Shown here one piece after another: positions 1-12,289 of a DNA stretch of 64,000 nt. Position 1 is the stretch's first letter, and each line of letters starts with the position of its first letter. The position numbers were made by a program, and so were the translations under genes. The notes beneath the pieces are model-generated. The model searched no databases. It was given only the letters and a program-made list of their open reading frames with translations, and was not told the DNA's origin. Origin of the DNA: an uncultured Rivularia sp. (GTDB lineage: Bacteria; Cyanobacteriota; Cyanobacteriia; Cyanobacteriales; Nostocaceae); NCBI GenBank assembly GCA_963665115.1, contig OY762007.1:1920001-1984000 (forward strand), in the 5' to 3' direction.

Positions 1-2
1 AA

Positions 3-1088
3 GATAAAATTGAAATAGCAAGAGAACTTGATGCCTTTGGAGTGGAATACATAGAACTTACATCTCCATGTGCTTCCCCGCAATCATTTAAAGATTGTCA
101 ACTTTTAGCTCAATTAGGCTTGCAATCAAAAGTATTAACACACATTCGCTGTAATTTAGATGATGCTAAAAAAGCCTTAGATACAGGTGTTAATGGGATC
201 AATATATTTATGGCTACCTCTCCACTATTACGCCAATTCGGTCATGGTAAAGAGATCGATCAAGTGATTGATATGGCAAGCGAAGTTATTAGCTTCATTC
301 ATCAACAAAGCCCTGAAACAGAACTGCGTTTTTCCACAGAAGATTCTTTCCGCAGTTCGCTTTCAGATTTGCTCAAAGTTTATCTTGCTATTGGAGAATT
401 AGGACTTGTTAATCGTTTCGGAATTTCCGATACCGTTGGCGTTGCAACACCCGATCGAGTTTCTCAATTAGTACAGACTTTACGTCAATGTTTTTCTCAA
501 GATATTGAGTTTCATGCTCATAACGATACCGGCTGCGCGATCGCTAATAGTTATGCAGCCTTTGAAGCTGGTGCTACCCATATTGATACAAGCGTATTGG
601 GAATTGGCGAAAGAAATGGGATTACTCCTTTAGCTGGATTAATTGCTCGTTTATATACCCTCGATCCAGAAGCTTTACGCAATAAATATCACCTTAAAAC
701 TCTTTTAAATTTACATCAAATCGTAGCGAATAAACTTGGAATCGAGATTCCCTTCAATCACTATATAGTTGGTGAATATGCCTTTACTCATAAAGCTGGA
801 GTTCATACAAAAGCAATCTTGAATAACTCAAATACCTACGAAATGATTTCTCCTACAGATTTTGGGATAACCCGCTCCGTATTAATCAACCATAAACTGA
901 CAGGAACTCATGCGGTAACTCATCGGGTAAATCAACTTGGACTTAACTTAGATTCAACCCAAATTCAGGTAATTACTCAAGAAATTAAAGTATTAGCAGA
1001 ACGGGAAAATTTGACTTTAGAAAAGGTCGATGAAATTTTACTGTCTTACAACAGAAGTTCTATGAAAAATTCATCAGTTACGGGTTAG
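3..1088 (+). CDS. Homocitrate synthase, Lys20/LysS (alpha-aminoadipate-pathway) type; 5' end lies outside the window
   Basis: The frame is open from nt 3 (DKIEIARELDAFGVEYIELTSP). Motifs LTHIRC, RFSTEDSFRS, HAHNDTGCAIAN, GIGERNGITPL and AFTHKAGVH resemble yeast Lys20 and Thermus homocitrate synthase. Confidence 0.88.
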   Translation, partial: DKIEIARELDAFGVEYIELTSPCASPQSFKDCQLLAQLGLQSKVLTHIRCNLDDAKKALDTGVNGINIFMATSPLLRQFGHGKEIDQVIDMASEVISFIHQQSPETELRFSTEDSFRSSLSDLLKVYLAIGELGLVNRFGISDTVGVATPDRVSQLVQTLRQCFSQDIEFHAHNDTGCAIANSYAAFEAGATHIDTSVLGIGERNGITPLAGLIARLYTLDPEALRNKYHLKTLLNLHQIVANKLGIEIPFNHYIVGEYAFTHKAGVHTKAILNNSNTYEMISPTDFGITRSVLINHKLTGTHAVTHRVNQLGLNLDSTQIQVITQEIKVLAERENLTLEKVDEILLSYNRSSMKNSSVTG

Positions 1089-1254
1089 ATGAAGATGATG
1101 ATTTTACCCATTTTGATTGACAATAACGACGAGGTTTTGGGTAATGCAAAGGGAAGGCAGCGACAACGGAAAATATAGTGTTCCAGAACAGAAAGATCTG
1201 CCAACCCCCCGCCAATTTGGGGGGCTTTATGTAAATCCTAAAAATACTAAATTT

Positions 1255-1542
1255 TCATTTTTGATTCAACACTTCCAAGTCTTCTTCCAATACCCGTAAC
1301 ACGCGCTCCAGATAAGCATCACGCCACTGTTCGCGCTGTTGAGTTACCTTTTCATCGGCTTGATAGGATTCAATCTCAGCAATTGAAATATTACCTTTTG
1401 TCTCAAGCAAACGTTCAATAGTATCGAGCCGTTCCCGCAAAACTGAAACTTCACCAGTCAAAGCCATTACCATCGCTAACAATTTATCGACGTGCGGATT
1501 ATCAAGATAAATTGGTTGTTTTCCCTTGGCTGTTTTCGCCAT
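1255..1542 (-). CDS. Conserved hypothetical protein, 95 aa, probably co-transcribed with the methyltransferase
   Basis: ATG-started ORF 36 nt downstream of the methyltransferase, with a helical ALTGEVSVLRERLDTIERLL motif. Confidence 0.75.
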   Translation of the reverse strand: MAKTAKGKQPIYLDNPHVDKLLAMVMALTGEVSVLRERLDTIERLLETKGNISIAEIESYQADEKVTQQREQWRDAYLERVLRVLEEDLEVLNQK

Positions 1543-1578
1543 TTTAGCTACTTCCCCGTTTAAAAAAATGAACGCAAA

Positions 1579-2736
1579 TTACTTAGAAGCTTTAACGATA
1601 AACCAAGTACCCCTACTTCCCGATTCTCCATGTTGAGAATTAGCATTCACCGTTTTTGCTTTCCACGCACCATTTGGGACAAAAGTTTGGTTAATTTTAT
1701 CCGTATCAAAACCCCCAGATGTCACTACTTCTCCTAAGTCCAAATCGCGCATTGCACCCCAGAAAGGTTCGTTGTTATTAACGGTTTGCCAATCATATAT
1801 AAACTGACTAAACAAATCCATGTGTTTGTATTGAGGTGCTTCGACATGAATCATCATGCCACCAGGTGCAAGCAGACGGTAACACTCGCGCATGACTTTA
1901 CGAATGGCTGATGGAGGAATCTCATGTAGCAAAATATGAGAAACTATAAGGTCAAAAGATTCGGCAGCAAAGTTAGTGCATTCGGCATTTTGTTGGGAGA
2001 AATGTACCTGTTTACCCATAGCTTCTGCTCGTGCGCGAGCATAACGCAACATTGGTGCTGAAACATCTATAGCAAATACTTCCGACTCTGGGTAAGCATC
2101 TACATAAGGAAGGGTACTATGACCTACAGAACATCCCATATCAAGAATTTTTTTGGGTTGGAAATCGGGATATTCTGGCTTTAAGTAATTTTTGACTATA
2201 GAAAGTCCCATATCATCATTGAGTGGTCCCAGCCAACCCAAACCATAGACATAAACTCCACGGTCATAAGTAGCACCAGCCGCAACGTCATTTTCTGTAT
2301 AATCACTGTGATAGCTACCAGGCATACAATGAATGTCTACGGCAGTTTGATAAGCGGGAATTTTAAAATCGGGGTCAAGAGTTAAAGTCCCTAGAGCTTC
2401 TCCCTTGTCTTTTGCACGCTCTATCAATTCAGGTAGTTGTCGATCAACGTTAACATTTACCGCATCCCACAACATTTTTTGATTGATCCGCATTAGCACC
2501 CCCCACCATTTGTAGTAAGATTGCTGCTGCATAATTTGCTGAATCTCAAAACGATTTTCGGGTGTGCGTTGATGTTCAAGCTCAAACTTCGGCTTCGCTA
2601 TTTTTTCGTAAACTAATTTATTGCCAGGAGTGATATTCTTAACGACGTATTTCTTCATGCTTTCTACAAATTTTTGCCGTGCCAACTCATCATGGTTAGC
2701 TTGCGGAAGCATTGCGTGTTGGAATTGTTTTTTCAT
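1579..2736 (-). CDS. Class I SAM-dependent methyltransferase with a long N-terminal extension
   Basis: Motif I ILDMGCSVGH, AIDVSAPML, FDLIVSHILLHE, RLLAPGG. Confidence 0.9.
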   Translation of the reverse strand: MKKQFQHAMLPQANHDELARQKFVESMKKYVVKNITPGNKLVYEKIAKPKFELEHQRTPENRFEIQQIMQQQSYYKWWGVLMRINQKMLWDAVNVNVDRQLPELIERAKDKGEALGTLTLDPDFKIPAYQTAVDIHCMPGSYHSDYTENDVAAGATYDRGVYVYGLGWLGPLNDDMGLSIVKNYLKPEYPDFQPKKILDMGCSVGHSTLPYVDAYPESEVFAIDVSAPMLRYARARAEAMGKQVHFSQQNAECTNFAAESFDLIVSHILLHEIPPSAIRKVMRECYRLLAPGGMMIHVEAPQYKHMDLFSQFIYDWQTVNNNEPFWGAMRDLDLGEVVTSGGFDTDKINQTFVPNGAWKAKTVNANSQHGESGSRGTWFIVKASK

Positions 2737-2816
2737 ATACTTTTTTGATTTTTAAGTCTCTAATTTTATTTTAACTTTATGATAATAGCGTAATCACTAG
2801 AAAGTAAAATAAACCT

Positions 2817-3554
2817 ATGAATGCAGATAGTAAGTATTTTGAACAGTTATGGGGAATCACCTGCGAATTAAAGCAAAAAATAGAAACACGTTTCGATTTG
2901 CAGTTACAAGCATCTACTAAAGATTTACAAGAATACAGCAGTAAAGATGGTAATTTAAAAGGTTCGTTAAATGCTTTTAAAGGGAAAGAGATTGATTGGT
3001 TAGTGCATTCTTGGTTAGGAAATCCGGGAAAATCTAACTTTAATACCATGCGCTTAACAACTTGGTTGAGTTCCCATCTCCAAGTGCCACATTTAGTGTT
3101 TGAATTCGGCACGCTTCCCGATATTTTATTTTATATAGATTATATTCCCCGTACCGATCTTTATACTAACCTTGAATATCTTAATAGTTATTACGAACCA
3201 GTAAATGAGACATTTTTGAAATTACAAGCAAATCCCGATTTAACATCATTTACTAGTAAAAGCGCTTATGTACGTTCATTTCAATCACCCGTAAGTTTGT
3301 GTTATACCTGTTTACCCAATGATGATTCTTTAAATCTAATTCGTACCGTTGCTGATGAAACAATCATACGCTGGCTAAAATGGCTAGATGAAGCAACACC
3401 AGTACACGAAAATATGCGGAATATTTTAGCCGAACGCGATTTATTTATACGTCGTAGCAGTGCTGAAAACGACCCTGGAAATAAGATGGCAGAGCAGATG
3501 TTAGGAACGGAATTAACAGATAAGTTAGTTAAAGCACTATGGGGTGGATTGTAA
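2817..3554 (+). CDS. Red chlorophyll catabolite reductase (RCCR)-like protein, ferredoxin-dependent bilin reductase superfamily
   Basis: IDWLVHSW, VPHLVFEFG, FYIDYIPRTDL...YL..YY and SAYVRSFQSP resemble RCCR-family motifs. Recognised by eye only. Confidence 0.75.
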   Translation: MNADSKYFEQLWGITCELKQKIETRFDLQLQASTKDLQEYSSKDGNLKGSLNAFKGKEIDWLVHSWLGNPGKSNFNTMRLTTWLSSHLQVPHLVFEFGTLPDILFYIDYIPRTDLYTNLEYLNSYYEPVNETFLKLQANPDLTSFTSKSAYVRSFQSPVSLCYTCLPNDDSLNLIRTVADETIIRWLKWLDEATPVHENMRNILAERDLFIRRSSAENDPGNKMAEQMLGTELTDKLVKALWGGL

Positions 3555-3559
3555 AGAAT

Positions 3560-3617
3560 GTTCGTATTAGCGCTTGAACACTTCTGAATCCGGATGCGCT
3601 CAAGCGCTACTACGAAC
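3560..3617. repeat. Palindromic dispersed repeat between convergent genes, possible bidirectional terminator
   Basis: Inverted arms GTTCGTATTAGCGCTTGA ... TCAAGCGCTACTACGAAC. Confidence 0.6.
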
Positions 3618-3665
3618 TGATTAAAATAAATTGTTAATTGATAATTGATAATTGATAACTGTTAG

Positions 3666-6600
3666 CTAACACTGATAAATGTTAATAACTTGCTCTAATT
3701 CTTCTATACTCACGGGTTTACTTAAGTATTCATCCATACCCGCATTTAAACATTTTTCTCTATCATTATCCATTGCGTGAGCGGTTAAACCAATAATTAT
3801 AGTATGACGCTGTTGTCCTTCAATTTGACGCAATTGTTCGGTAGCTTCGTAACCGTCCATTACGGGCATTTGACAATCCATAAAAACAATGTCATATTCA
3901 TTTTGACTTAATATGTCTAATGCTTGTTGACCATCTTCTACAGTATCAACTTGATAACCTAAACTTTCAACCATAAATTCTATAATATCCCGGTTATCGA
4001 CATTATCTTCTACAACTAATATTTTTAAATTTGTTGTGGAGTAATTTGAATCTGTTGTTGAAGAGATTGATTGTAAATTAGTTTCCTCGCTTGTAGAACC
4101 TGCCAAGTTAAAATTAACTGTAAACCAAAATGTCGAACCGTCACCGGGATTGCTGCGAAGACCAATTTTTCCTTCCATTAACTCCACAATCCGCCGACAA
4201 ATTGTTAATCCCAAACCAGTACCGCCAAATCTACGGGTTGTGGAACCATCGGCTTGAGTAAACGGTTGAAAAAGCTTTTCTTGTAACTCTGAGGCAATAC
4301 CAATACCCGTATCCTCGATATTGAAACGCAGCTTTGCTTCATTTTCTGATGTATTTTCAGTTTCGCGGGTGATGTTAACTGATACTGTTCCGGTTTCGGT
4401 GAATTTAATCGCATTGCTCACTAAATTAGCGATAATCTGGTGCAATCGAAAATCATCGCCGATTAAATTTCGCGGTACATCAGAAGCAATTTTAAATGTG
4501 AATTCTAGCCCTTTTTCTTCGGCTTGGGTAATAAATGAATCGAGTAAATTTTCCCGTAGCGTATCTAAATTAAATTCACTGAAATTTAACTGTAGTTCTC
4601 TAGCTTCAATTTTAGATAAATCGAGAACATCGTTGATAATTTGTAATAGTTTTTCTCCATTAACTCTGAGTTTTTGCAGAAATTTATGTTGTTGGGGATT
4701 TAATTGAGTACGCTGTAGTATTTCACTCACACCCAGTATTGCATTCATGGGAGTACGGATTTCGTGACTCATATTTGCCAAAAATTCGCTTTTGGCTTGG
4801 TTAGCCGAGTCTGCTGCTTGAGCTACTGCGATCGCATCTTGTAAAACTTGATTTTGACGCAATAATTGTTGTTGAGTGCGTTTAATTTCGGTAATTTCAG
4901 TAATTACGGTTCCGACTCCGCGAGTACCATCAACCAAATCAACGGGATAATAACTCGCACACCAATATCTTTCCACATCAGGAGCGGCTGGTGTAGTACC
5001 TTTAATTTCTAGATCGCAAATTGGTTCCCCGGTTTCTACTACCTGATGATAAATATGCTCTATCCTATCTACTAAATCGGGTAATATTTCTCTAATGGTT
5101 TTACCAATATGCTCTTCAATAGGTAAACCGTTGATATCGGCTAAAGCTTGGTTGATTCGCAAAAATCTGAAGTTTTGGTCGAGCAAACTTAAACCTACAG
5201 GGCTTTTAGCATACAAATTTTCCAGTAAAACGTTGGCTTGATGTAATTCTGACTGTACCCTTTTGAGTTCGCCAATATTAACAAATGTTAAAACAACGCC
5301 GTCATTAGTACCATTTTCTCGCAGATAGGGATTCACCCTCATTAATAATTGTTCGCCAGTTGTAGTAATACAAACTTCTTTTTCGCTGGCATTCTTATTA
5401 TCAACAGCTGTTTGAATCGTTTCTACTAAATCAGAACAATCTAAATTATAGGTAAGGTGAGCAAGGGGACGGTCTACATCTGTTGGTATGATATTAATTG
5501 CACGTTTGGCTGCGGGTGTATATTTGCGAATGTGAAGTTGACGATCGAGAAATACCACACCAATATCTGTAGAGCGAAGTAAATTATCAATGTCGTTATT
5601 AAGTTGAGTTAATTCTTCGATTTTAGATTGATGTTCGGCATTAACGGTGTACAATTCTTCATTAACTGACTGTAGTTCTTCGTTGGTACTTTGCAGTTCT
5701 TCGTTAGAAGCTAAAAGTTCTTCGTTAGTTGCTTGCTGTTCTTCGTTTGTAGTTTCAAGTTCTTCAATTGTTACTTGGAGGTTTTCGCGGGTTTGCTGTA
5801 GTTCGTATTCAAGTTCGGTAATTTGTCGTGCGGCTTGCTCGTCAACGTCAAAATGTAAAGCTGCTTTATTGGATATAGATGTAGTGGTTTCTACTTCCAA
5901 TAATATAATCAGCGAATCTTCAATTCCCGATTTGCTTTTATTGAATCCTATTTTCAAAGAAACGTTTTCTGAGTCTTCACCTCGATTTAATTTAATCCCG
6001 TTATAAATTACGTTTTCTCGGTCGCGTTTGGCACGGTGTAATGCTGTAGATAAAGGTAATTTCAAATCGGGATGAATAAGTTCGTTAATATCTAATACTG
6101 CCTCACCAACAGAAAATGTGAGTAAATTAGCAGTATTATAAAATATTCGCAGCAGTTCATTGTCTCGATTTACCAATAAAAAAGTTAATTTTCGCTCCTC
6201 CAGACAAAAATCTAATAATCCTTCAAACATCCTATCGAGCTGATTCTGTCTGGTTTTTGTCCGCACCATAGAATTCATTGGTGTGGCGATCGCCTGCCGA
6301 GAGATTGGTGCTAGAGTTAAGGAAATATCCCGACGCTTACTAAAAATTTTTAACTTCGGTTCGACGACAGTAAATTCTTCTGACAAGTCTCCCAAAGTTT
6401 CCGAACTACCTAAAAACAGAATTCCTTGGGAAGCCAAAGCAAAGTGTAACAACCGCAAAACTTGTTGTTGGAGATGCGGTTGCATATAAATTAGTACGTT
6501 GCGGCAACTAACCAAATGCATTTTGGAAAAGCCAGCATTTTTGGTTAAATCATGGGGTGCAATTATCAGCATTTCCCGCAAAAAACGCTTTACCTGAAAA

Positions 6601-7751
6601 TGATCTCCATGATGGGTAAAATATTTTTTTAAACGTTCTTCTGTAATATCGTTAGCAATTGTTTCGGGATAAATACCTCTAGCGGCTACTTCCAAAGAAT
6701 TGGTATCTATATCGGTAACAAAAATTTTAATTTGAATTGATTTACTACTTTTTTCTATTGCTTCATCTACAAGCATTGCCATTGTGTAGGCTTCTTCCCC
6801 CGTAGCGCAAGCAGAAACCCAAATTCTTATTTGTTGTTGATGCTCTAAATTTGCAATAATTCCCGGTAATACTGTTGTTTCAATGTATTTCCAAGCGCTT
6901 TTATCGCGAAAAAAACAAGTAGCGCCGATGAGTAAATCCTGACGCAAATGTTTTTGTTCTGGTTCGGATTCTTTCAATAAGCTAATGTAGCTTTCTAAAT
7001 CATCGCATTGAGTAATGCTACAGCGATGATGAATCCGACGGGCAAGAGTACCAACTTTATAATGAGAAAAATCAATATCTTCGCGCTTGGCAATAATATC
7101 TAAAATCCGCTGTAGCTTATCTGGATCGATTAAACTTACATCTTGCGGTGAAGCATGAGGATTACTTTCGGAAAAACGAATTAAATCGAAAACAGTATGA
7201 GCTAATTCTTGAGGAGAGAGAATTTCATCTACTAAGCCAGAAGGAATGGCACTAGTCGGCATCGAGTTAAATTGAGCGGTTTCTGGTGACTGCACTAAAC
7301 CAATACCACCAGCATTACTAATCGCTTTCAGCCCTTCGGTACCATCGCTACCAGTTCCCGACAGCACAATTGCAACAGTCTTTTCTCCCCATTCTTGAGC
7401 GACAGATTTAAAAAATTTGTTAACGGGGTAATCAAAAGTATCGGCTCTTTTATTCAAACGCAACCGATTATTTTTTAGCGTTAAAACTTTACCGGGTGGC
7501 AGTACATAAGCTTTATTTGGCTCAACAATCATTCCATCTTCAATTTGATAAACGGGTAATTTAGTTTGCCGCTGAATAATTTCCGCCATCATGCTTTTAT
7601 GGTTGGGAGACAAGTGCTGTACCACCACAAAAGCAGCAAAAGGAGTATCCGGTAAATTACCAAAAAACCCTTCTAGAGCCTGTACGCCTCCCGCAGAGGC
7701 ACCAATGCCAATAATAAAAAAATCTTTGTCGTTTGAAGATGAAGTAGCCAT
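3666..7751 (-). CDS. CheB methylesterase-CheR methyltransferase-coiled coil-PAS-hybrid histidine kinase-receiver fusion (paralog 2)
   Basis: CheB GASAGG, QHL and GTGSDG; Che[13 protein letters not shown] and SCRNVLIY; H-box [15 protein letters not shown]-box GGTGLGL; receiver [12 protein letters not shown] 7751 is preferred because it aligns with the paralog. Confidence 0.93.
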   Translation of the reverse strand: MATSSSNDKDFFIIGIGASAGGVQALEGFFGNLPDTPFAAFVVVQHLSPNHKSMMAEIIQRQTKLPVYQIEDGMIVEPNKAYVLPPGKVLTLKNNRLRLNKRADTFDYPVNKFFKSVAQEWGEKTVAIVLSGTGSDGTEGLKAISNAGGIGLVQSPETAQFNSMPTSAIPSGLVDEILSPQELAHTVFDLIRFSESNPHASPQDVSLIDPDKLQRILDIIAKREDIDFSHYKVGTLARRIHHRCSITQCDDLESYISLLKESEPEQKHLRQDLLIGATCFFRDKSAWKYIETTVLPGIIANLEHQQQIRIWVSACATGEEAYTMAMLVDEAIEKSSKSIQIKIFVTDIDTNSLEVAARGIYPETIANDITEERLKKYFTHHGDHFQVKRFLREMLIIAPHDLTKNAGFSKMHLVSCRNVLIYMQPHLQQQVLRLLHFALASQGILFLGSSETLGDLSEEFTVVEPKLKIFSKRRDISLTLAPISRQAIATPMNSMVRTKTRQNQLDRMFEGLLDFCLEERKLTFLLVNRDNELLRIFYNTANLLTFSVGEAVLDINELIHPDLKLPLSTALHRAKRDRENVIYNGIKLNRGEDSENVSLKIGFNKSKSGIEDSLIILLEVETTTSISNKAALHFDVDEQAARQITELEYELQQTRENLQVTIEELETTNEEQQATNEELLASNEELQSTNEELQSVNEELYTVNAEHQSKIEELTQLNNDIDNLLRSTDIGVVFLDRQLHIRKYTPAAKRAINIIPTDVDRPLAHLTYNLDCSDLVETIQTAVDNKNASEKEVCITTTGEQLLMRVNPYLRENGTNDGVVLTFVNIGELKRVQSELHQANVLLENLYAKSPVGLSLLDQNFRFLRINQALADINGLPIEEHIGKTIREILPDLVDRIEHIYHQVVETGEPICDLEIKGTTPAAPDVERYWCASYYPVDLVDGTRGVGTVITEITEIKRTQQQLLRQNQVLQDAIAVAQAADSANQAKSEFLANMSHEIRTPMNAILGVSEILQRTQLNPQQHKFLQKLRVNGEKLLQIINDVLDLSKIEARELQLNFSEFNLDTLRENLLDSFITQAEEKGLEFTFKIASDVPRNLIGDDFRLHQIIANLVSNAIKFTETGTVSVNITRETENTSENEAKLRFNIEDTGIGIASELQEKLFQPFTQADGSTTRRFGGTGLGLTICRRIVELMEGKIGLRSNPGDGSTFWFTVNFNLAGSTSEETNLQSISSTTDSNYSTTNLKILVVEDNVDNRDIIEFMVESLGYQVDTVEDGQQALDILSQNEYDIVFMDCQMPVMDGYEATEQLRQIEGQQRHTIIIGLTAHAMDNDREKCLNAGMDEYLSKPVSIEELEQVINIYQC

Positions 7752-7950
7752 TAAATCTGCTAAATAATTAACGATTAAATTGCAAGTTTTCTTATGAAAA
7801 TTACATTTTAGAATTTTTTTAGTAAATAGCAATTATTATTTAAATTTACTATACCTCTAAGGAATACTTCAATTTATCTTAAGTTGTAATAAATAATCTA
7901 CCTTCAGGTGGATGAAACAATATTAATTTGCTTATGATTTAGAATTGCAT

Positions 7951-8177
7951 TGTAGGGTGGGTTAGACAAAAAATTTTTTTTTTAATTAACAACAGCTTAT
8001 ATTAATGGTGTCCAAACCCATAATTAAATGTTGGGTTACGGCACTAAATAAATTTACTCGTACAAAACTTACATCTTGCACCATTTTTAATAGAAGGCAG
8101 AGCCTTAAAAACCTTGCTACCAGGTTGAACCTGGGAGCCAGATCGTATCTTTTATATGCCGCGAAGCTAACCTACAA
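7951..8177. repeat. Composite REP/MITE-like element between the two CheBR genes
   Basis: Ends TGTAGGGTGGGTTAG ... CTAACCTACA. An internal GGCAGAGCC ... CCAGGTTGAACCTGG resembles CCCAGATTGAAGCCTGGG near 16018. Confidence 0.45.
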
Positions 8178-8209
8178 ATTTTTATTGATAACTGTTAACT
8201 GTTAACTGA

Positions 8210-11200
8210 TTATCTTTCAAGATTTCTCAAAATCCCTAATAAATCTTCCATCATCACGGGTTTACTTAAATAATCATCCATACCAGCATTTAAACATTTT
8301 TTCTTATCATCATACATAGCGTTAGCGGTTAAACCGATAATTATGGTATGCCGCTGTTCACCTTCTATTTGACGCAACTGACGGGTAGCTTCGTAACCAT
8401 CCATTACGGGCATTTGACAGTCCATTAATATTATGTCGTAGTGGCTTTCGGCTAGTTTCTCAAGTGCTTGTTGTCCATCGCTGACTGCTTCTGCTTCATA
8501 ACCCAATTCTTCTAGCATAAATACTACAATTTCGCGGTTGTCGGCGTAATCTTCTACTATTAATATTTTTAGATTTTTGGCTGAGGAAGTATCTATTTTT
8601 AGAGTGCTTGATTCTAAGTCAGCTTTTGGGTTTGTTTGGGCTAAGTCGAAGTTAACTGCAAACCAAAATGTAGAACCGGAACCCAGCTTGCTTTCAACGC
8701 GGATTTTTCCGCCCATTAAGTCTACAATCCGTCTACAAATAGTTAATCCTAAGCCTGTTCCACCATATTTACGAGTTGTGGAACCATCGGCTTGAGTAAA
8801 TGGTTTAAATAGATTTTCTTGTAAATTCGGATCGATTCCAATCCCGGAATCTGTAACGATAAAATTCAATTTTACTGGAGATTTAACCGTATCTGAATCG
8901 CAATCTATATTAACTAATACTTCTCCAGTATCGGTAAATTTTATGGCGTTGCTTATCAAATTACTTAACACTTGTTGCAAACGAAAATCATCACCAATTA
9001 AATTCATTGGAACATCAGATGCAATTTCAATTGCGAATTGAAGTCCTTTTTCTTCAGCTTGAGTCGCAAATAAATTAATTAAATTTTCGCCAAGATTGTT
9101 TAAATTGAATACGTTTTGATTTAACCGCAGTTCTCTAGCTTCTATTTTAGATAAATCGAGAACATCGTTGATAATTTCTAATAATCTTTCACCATTACTT
9201 CTGAGTTTGATTAACAAGCTGCTTTGTCTGGAATTCAATTCGGTGTATTCCAATAATTGACTTACACCTAATACTGCATTCATGGGAGTGCGGATTTCGT
9301 GGCTGATATTTGCCAGAAATTCACTTTTAGCTTGGTTTGCCGAATCTGCTGCTTGTGCTACTGCGATCGCATCTTCTAAAGCTTGATTTTGACGCAACAA
9401 TTCTTCTTGAGTGCGCTTTCTGTCGGTGATTTCGGTAATTACGGTTCCAACTCCACGATTACCATTGAGCAATTTTACAGGATAATAATTTGCAGTCCAA
9501 CATCTTTCTATATCGGGTTTGTCTTTGGTTTTTCCAGTAATTTCGACATCGCAAATTGCCCTATCTGTTTCAATAACCCGACGCAAGCTTGATTCTATGC
9601 CTTGCGCTAAATCGGATGGTATTTCCGCAACAGTTTTACCAATATGTTGGGGAATAGATATACCGTTGATGTCGGCTAAAGTTTGATTAACTCGTAAATA
9701 TCTGAGATTTTGGTCGTGTAAACTTAAACCAACTGGACTTGTAACGTACAAATTCTCTAGTAATGCGTTGGCTTGATGTAGCTGCTGCTGTACTTTTTTG
9801 AGTTCGTTGATATTTACAAACGTCATTACAACACCGTCGCTTCTGCCATCTTCGCGAAGATATACATTGACGCGCATTAACAACTTTTCGTCAGTTTGAA
9901 TTTGTTTGACTTCATGTTCGGTTGCAATTCCTGTGTCTACAACTTGTTGAAGAATTTCAATTAAATTGGGACAGTCTAAATTATGCGTAAAATGCTTTAA
10001 AGGACGTTCAACATCGGAAGTTCTAATATTAATAGCGCGGGTTGCTGCGGGTGTAAATTTACGAATATTTAGTTCGCGATCGAGAAATACTACACCAATA
10101 TCGGTAGAACGTAATAAATTATCAATATCATTATTAAGTTGAGTTAGTTCATGAATTTTTGATTGATATTCGGCATTGATCGTATATAATTCTTCATTAA
10201 CAGACTGTAGCTCTTCGTTAGTACTTTGCAGTTCTTCGTTAGAGGCAAGAAGTTCTTCGTTTGTTGCTTGTTGTTCTTCGTTAGTAGTTTCAAGTTCTTC
10301 AATCGTAACTTGAAGATTTTCACGGGTTTGCTGTAGCTCATATTCAAGTTCGTTTATTTGCTGTGCTGCTTCGTTATCTACTTCAAAACGCAGAGCAGGA
10401 GCTTTTATTAGTGATAGTTGGGTTTCGATTTCCAATACAACAATAAAAAATTCTTCAACTGCACTACTTTTGCTGTCTAAACCTACTTTTAAACTGACAT
10501 TATCTTCTATTTTGCCTCGATTAAGCTTGATTCCGGTATATAAAACGGCTTCTCGATCGCGTTTGGCACGATGTAGTGCTGTAGATAAAGGTAATTTTAA
10601 GCTGGGGTGAACGATTTCAGTAATATCTAACATTGCTTCACCCACCGGATAATCTAGTAATCTTGCAGAGTTATGGAATACCCTGATCATTTGATTTTGG
10701 TGGTTAACCAGCACGCAGGTTAATTGTCTTTCTCCCAGGCAATGCTTAAATACTTCTGAAAGTACTCGCTCGAATTGATTGTGCCTGGTTTTGGCACGCA
10801 CGTTAGCAGGAATTGGTGTAATTATAGGTTGTCGTGAAAGTGGGGCAAGAGACAAGGGAATATCTCGTTTTTTGCGGAAAACCTTCCATTTAGAATTAAG
10901 GGAGACAAATTCTTCGGTTAAATCTCCCAAAGTTTCCGAGCTACCTAAAAATAGGGTACCGTTAGAAGCAATTGCAAAATGTAGCAGTCGCAATACTTGC
11001 TGCTGGAGATGCGGCTGCATATAAATTAATACATTGCGGCAGCTAACCAAATGCATTTTAGAAAAACCGGCATTTTTAGTTAAATCGTGGGGAGCGATAA
11101 TTAGCATTTCCCGTAAAAAATGCTTTACTTGATAGCGATCGCCATTATGGACAAAATATTTTTCTAAAAGTTCGGCAGGTATATCTTGACTGATGCTTTG

Positions 11201-12289
11201 GGGATAAACACCTCGGGCTGCAACTTCTAAAGCGTTGGTGTCTACATCGGTGGCAAATACTTTGAGATGTAGTGATTTAGCGCTTTTTTCTACGGCTTCG
11301 TTAACCAGTATCGCCATCGTATAGGCTTCTTCCCCAGTAGCGCAAGCCGACACCCAAATCCTTAATTGTTGTTGTGGTTGTACGCTGTCAATGATTTGCG
11401 GTAATACTTCCTCTTCTATATGTTGCCATGCAGGGCGATCGCGAAAAAAGCAAGTAGCACCAATAAGCAAGTCTTGACGCAACAATTTTTGTTCTTCAAC
11501 GGATGCTTCTAATAAACCAATATAATTTTTTAAGTTGGTGCTGTTAGTTAAAGCACAACGCCGGTGTATGCGTCTGGCAAGAGTACTAATTTTATAATGG
11601 GAAAAATCAATATCTTCATTCTCGGCAAGAATATTTAAAATTTGCTGTAATTGGTCGGTATCAATTAAAGTGATATCCTGCGGTGAAATAGACGGATTTT
11701 TTCGTGAAAAGCGAATTAGTTCAAAAACAGTACGGGCTAAATCTTGAGGAGAAAGAATTTCATCTACCAAACCAGAAGGAATCGCACTACTGGGCATAGA
11801 ATTAAATTGAGCGGTTTCTGGCGACTGTACTAAACCAATACCACCCGCTTCACTGATTGTTTTCAATCCTTCGGTACCATCATTTCCGGTTCCCGATAGC
11901 ACAATTCCGACAACTTTTTCACCCCATTCTTGCGCTGCGGATTTAAAAAACTTATTGACGGGATAGCTAAAAGAACGACTTCTTTTTTCTAAGCGCAACT
12001 GTCCATTTTTAACAGTTACAAGTTTACCTGGAGGTAAAACGTATGCATGACTTGGTTCTAAAATAACCCCATCTACAATTTCATTAACAGGTAATTGAGT
12101 TTTTCGTTGAATTATTTCCGCCATCATACTTTTGTAATTGGGAGACAAATGCTGTATCACCACAAAAGCAGCACCAGGATGATCGGGCAAACTACTAAAA
12201 AAAGCTTCTAAAGCTTGTACGCCTCCTGCTGAAGCTCCTATACCTATGATAAAAAAATCTTTAGATTCAGAAGAGGGATTACTCATCAA
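8210..12289 (-). CDS. CheB-CheR-coiled coil-PAS-hybrid histidine kinase-receiver fusion (paralog 1)
   Basis: Same domain motifs as 3666-7751 and colinear with it throughout. Confidence 0.93.
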   Translation of the reverse strand: MMSNPSSESKDFFIIGIGASAGGVQALEAFFSSLPDHPGAAFVVIQHLSPNYKSMMAEIIQRKTQLPVNEIVDGVILEPSHAYVLPPGKLVTVKNGQLRLEKRSRSFSYPVNKFFKSAAQEWGEKVVGIVLSGTGNDGTEGLKTISEAGGIGLVQSPETAQFNSMPSSAIPSGLVDEILSPQDLARTVFELIRFSRKNPSISPQDITLIDTDQLQQILNILAENEDIDFSHYKISTLARRIHRRCALTNSTNLKNYIGLLEASVEEQKLLRQDLLIGATCFFRDRPAWQHIEEEVLPQIIDSVQPQQQLRIWVSACATGEEAYTMAILVNEAVEKSAKSLHLKVFATDVDTNALEVAARGVYPQSISQDIPAELLEKYFVHNGDRYQVKHFLREMLIIAPHDLTKNAGFSKMHLVSCRNVLIYMQPHLQQQVLRLLHFAIASNGTLFLGSSETLGDLTEEFVSLNSKWKVFRKKRDIPLSLAPLSRQPIITPIPANVRAKTRHNQFERVLSEVFKHCLGERQLTCVLVNHQNQMIRVFHNSARLLDYPVGEAMLDITEIVHPSLKLPLSTALHRAKRDREAVLYTGIKLNRGKIEDNVSLKVGLDSKSSAVEEFFIVVLEIETQLSLIKAPALRFEVDNEAAQQINELEYELQQTRENLQVTIEELETTNEEQQATNEELLASNEELQSTNEELQSVNEELYTINAEYQSKIHELTQLNNDIDNLLRSTDIGVVFLDRELNIRKFTPAATRAINIRTSDVERPLKHFTHNLDCPNLIEILQQVVDTGIATEHEVKQIQTDEKLLMRVNVYLREDGRSDGVVMTFVNINELKKVQQQLHQANALLENLYVTSPVGLSLHDQNLRYLRVNQTLADINGISIPQHIGKTVAEIPSDLAQGIESSLRRVIETDRAICDVEITGKTKDKPDIERCWTANYYPVKLLNGNRGVGTVITEITDRKRTQEELLRQNQALEDAIAVAQAADSANQAKSEFLANISHEIRTPMNAVLGVSQLLEYTELNSRQSSLLIKLRSNGERLLEIINDVLDLSKIEARELRLNQNVFNLNNLGENLINLFATQAEEKGLQFAIEIASDVPMNLIGDDFRLQQVLSNLISNAIKFTDTGEVLVNIDCDSDTVKSPVKLNFIVTDSGIGIDPNLQENLFKPFTQADGSTTRKYGGTGLGLTICRRIVDLMGGKIRVESKLGSGSTFWFAVNFDLAQTNPKADLESSTLKIDTSSAKNLKILIVEDYADNREIVVFMLEELGYEAEAVSDGQQALEKLAESHYDIILMDCQMPVMDGYEATRQLRQIEGEQRHTIIIGLTANAMYDDKKKCLNAGMDDYLSKPVMMEDLLGILRNLER

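Noticed and set aside
3..1088. Calling the gene nifV or leuA
   Set aside because: The motifs fit the Lys20/LysS clade, there is no LeuA regulatory domain, and there are no nif neighbours in the window.
1117..1299. 60-aa ORF after the homocitrate synthase
   Set aside because: It has a TTG start and no motif, runs through a CCCCCC/GGGGGG hairpin, and overlaps the convergent gene.
4205..11024. Short antisense and overlapping ORFs inside the CheBR genes (likewise inside hisS, the haemagglutinin genes and the antiporter)
   Set aside because: They are shadows of codon bias in long, well-supported genes.
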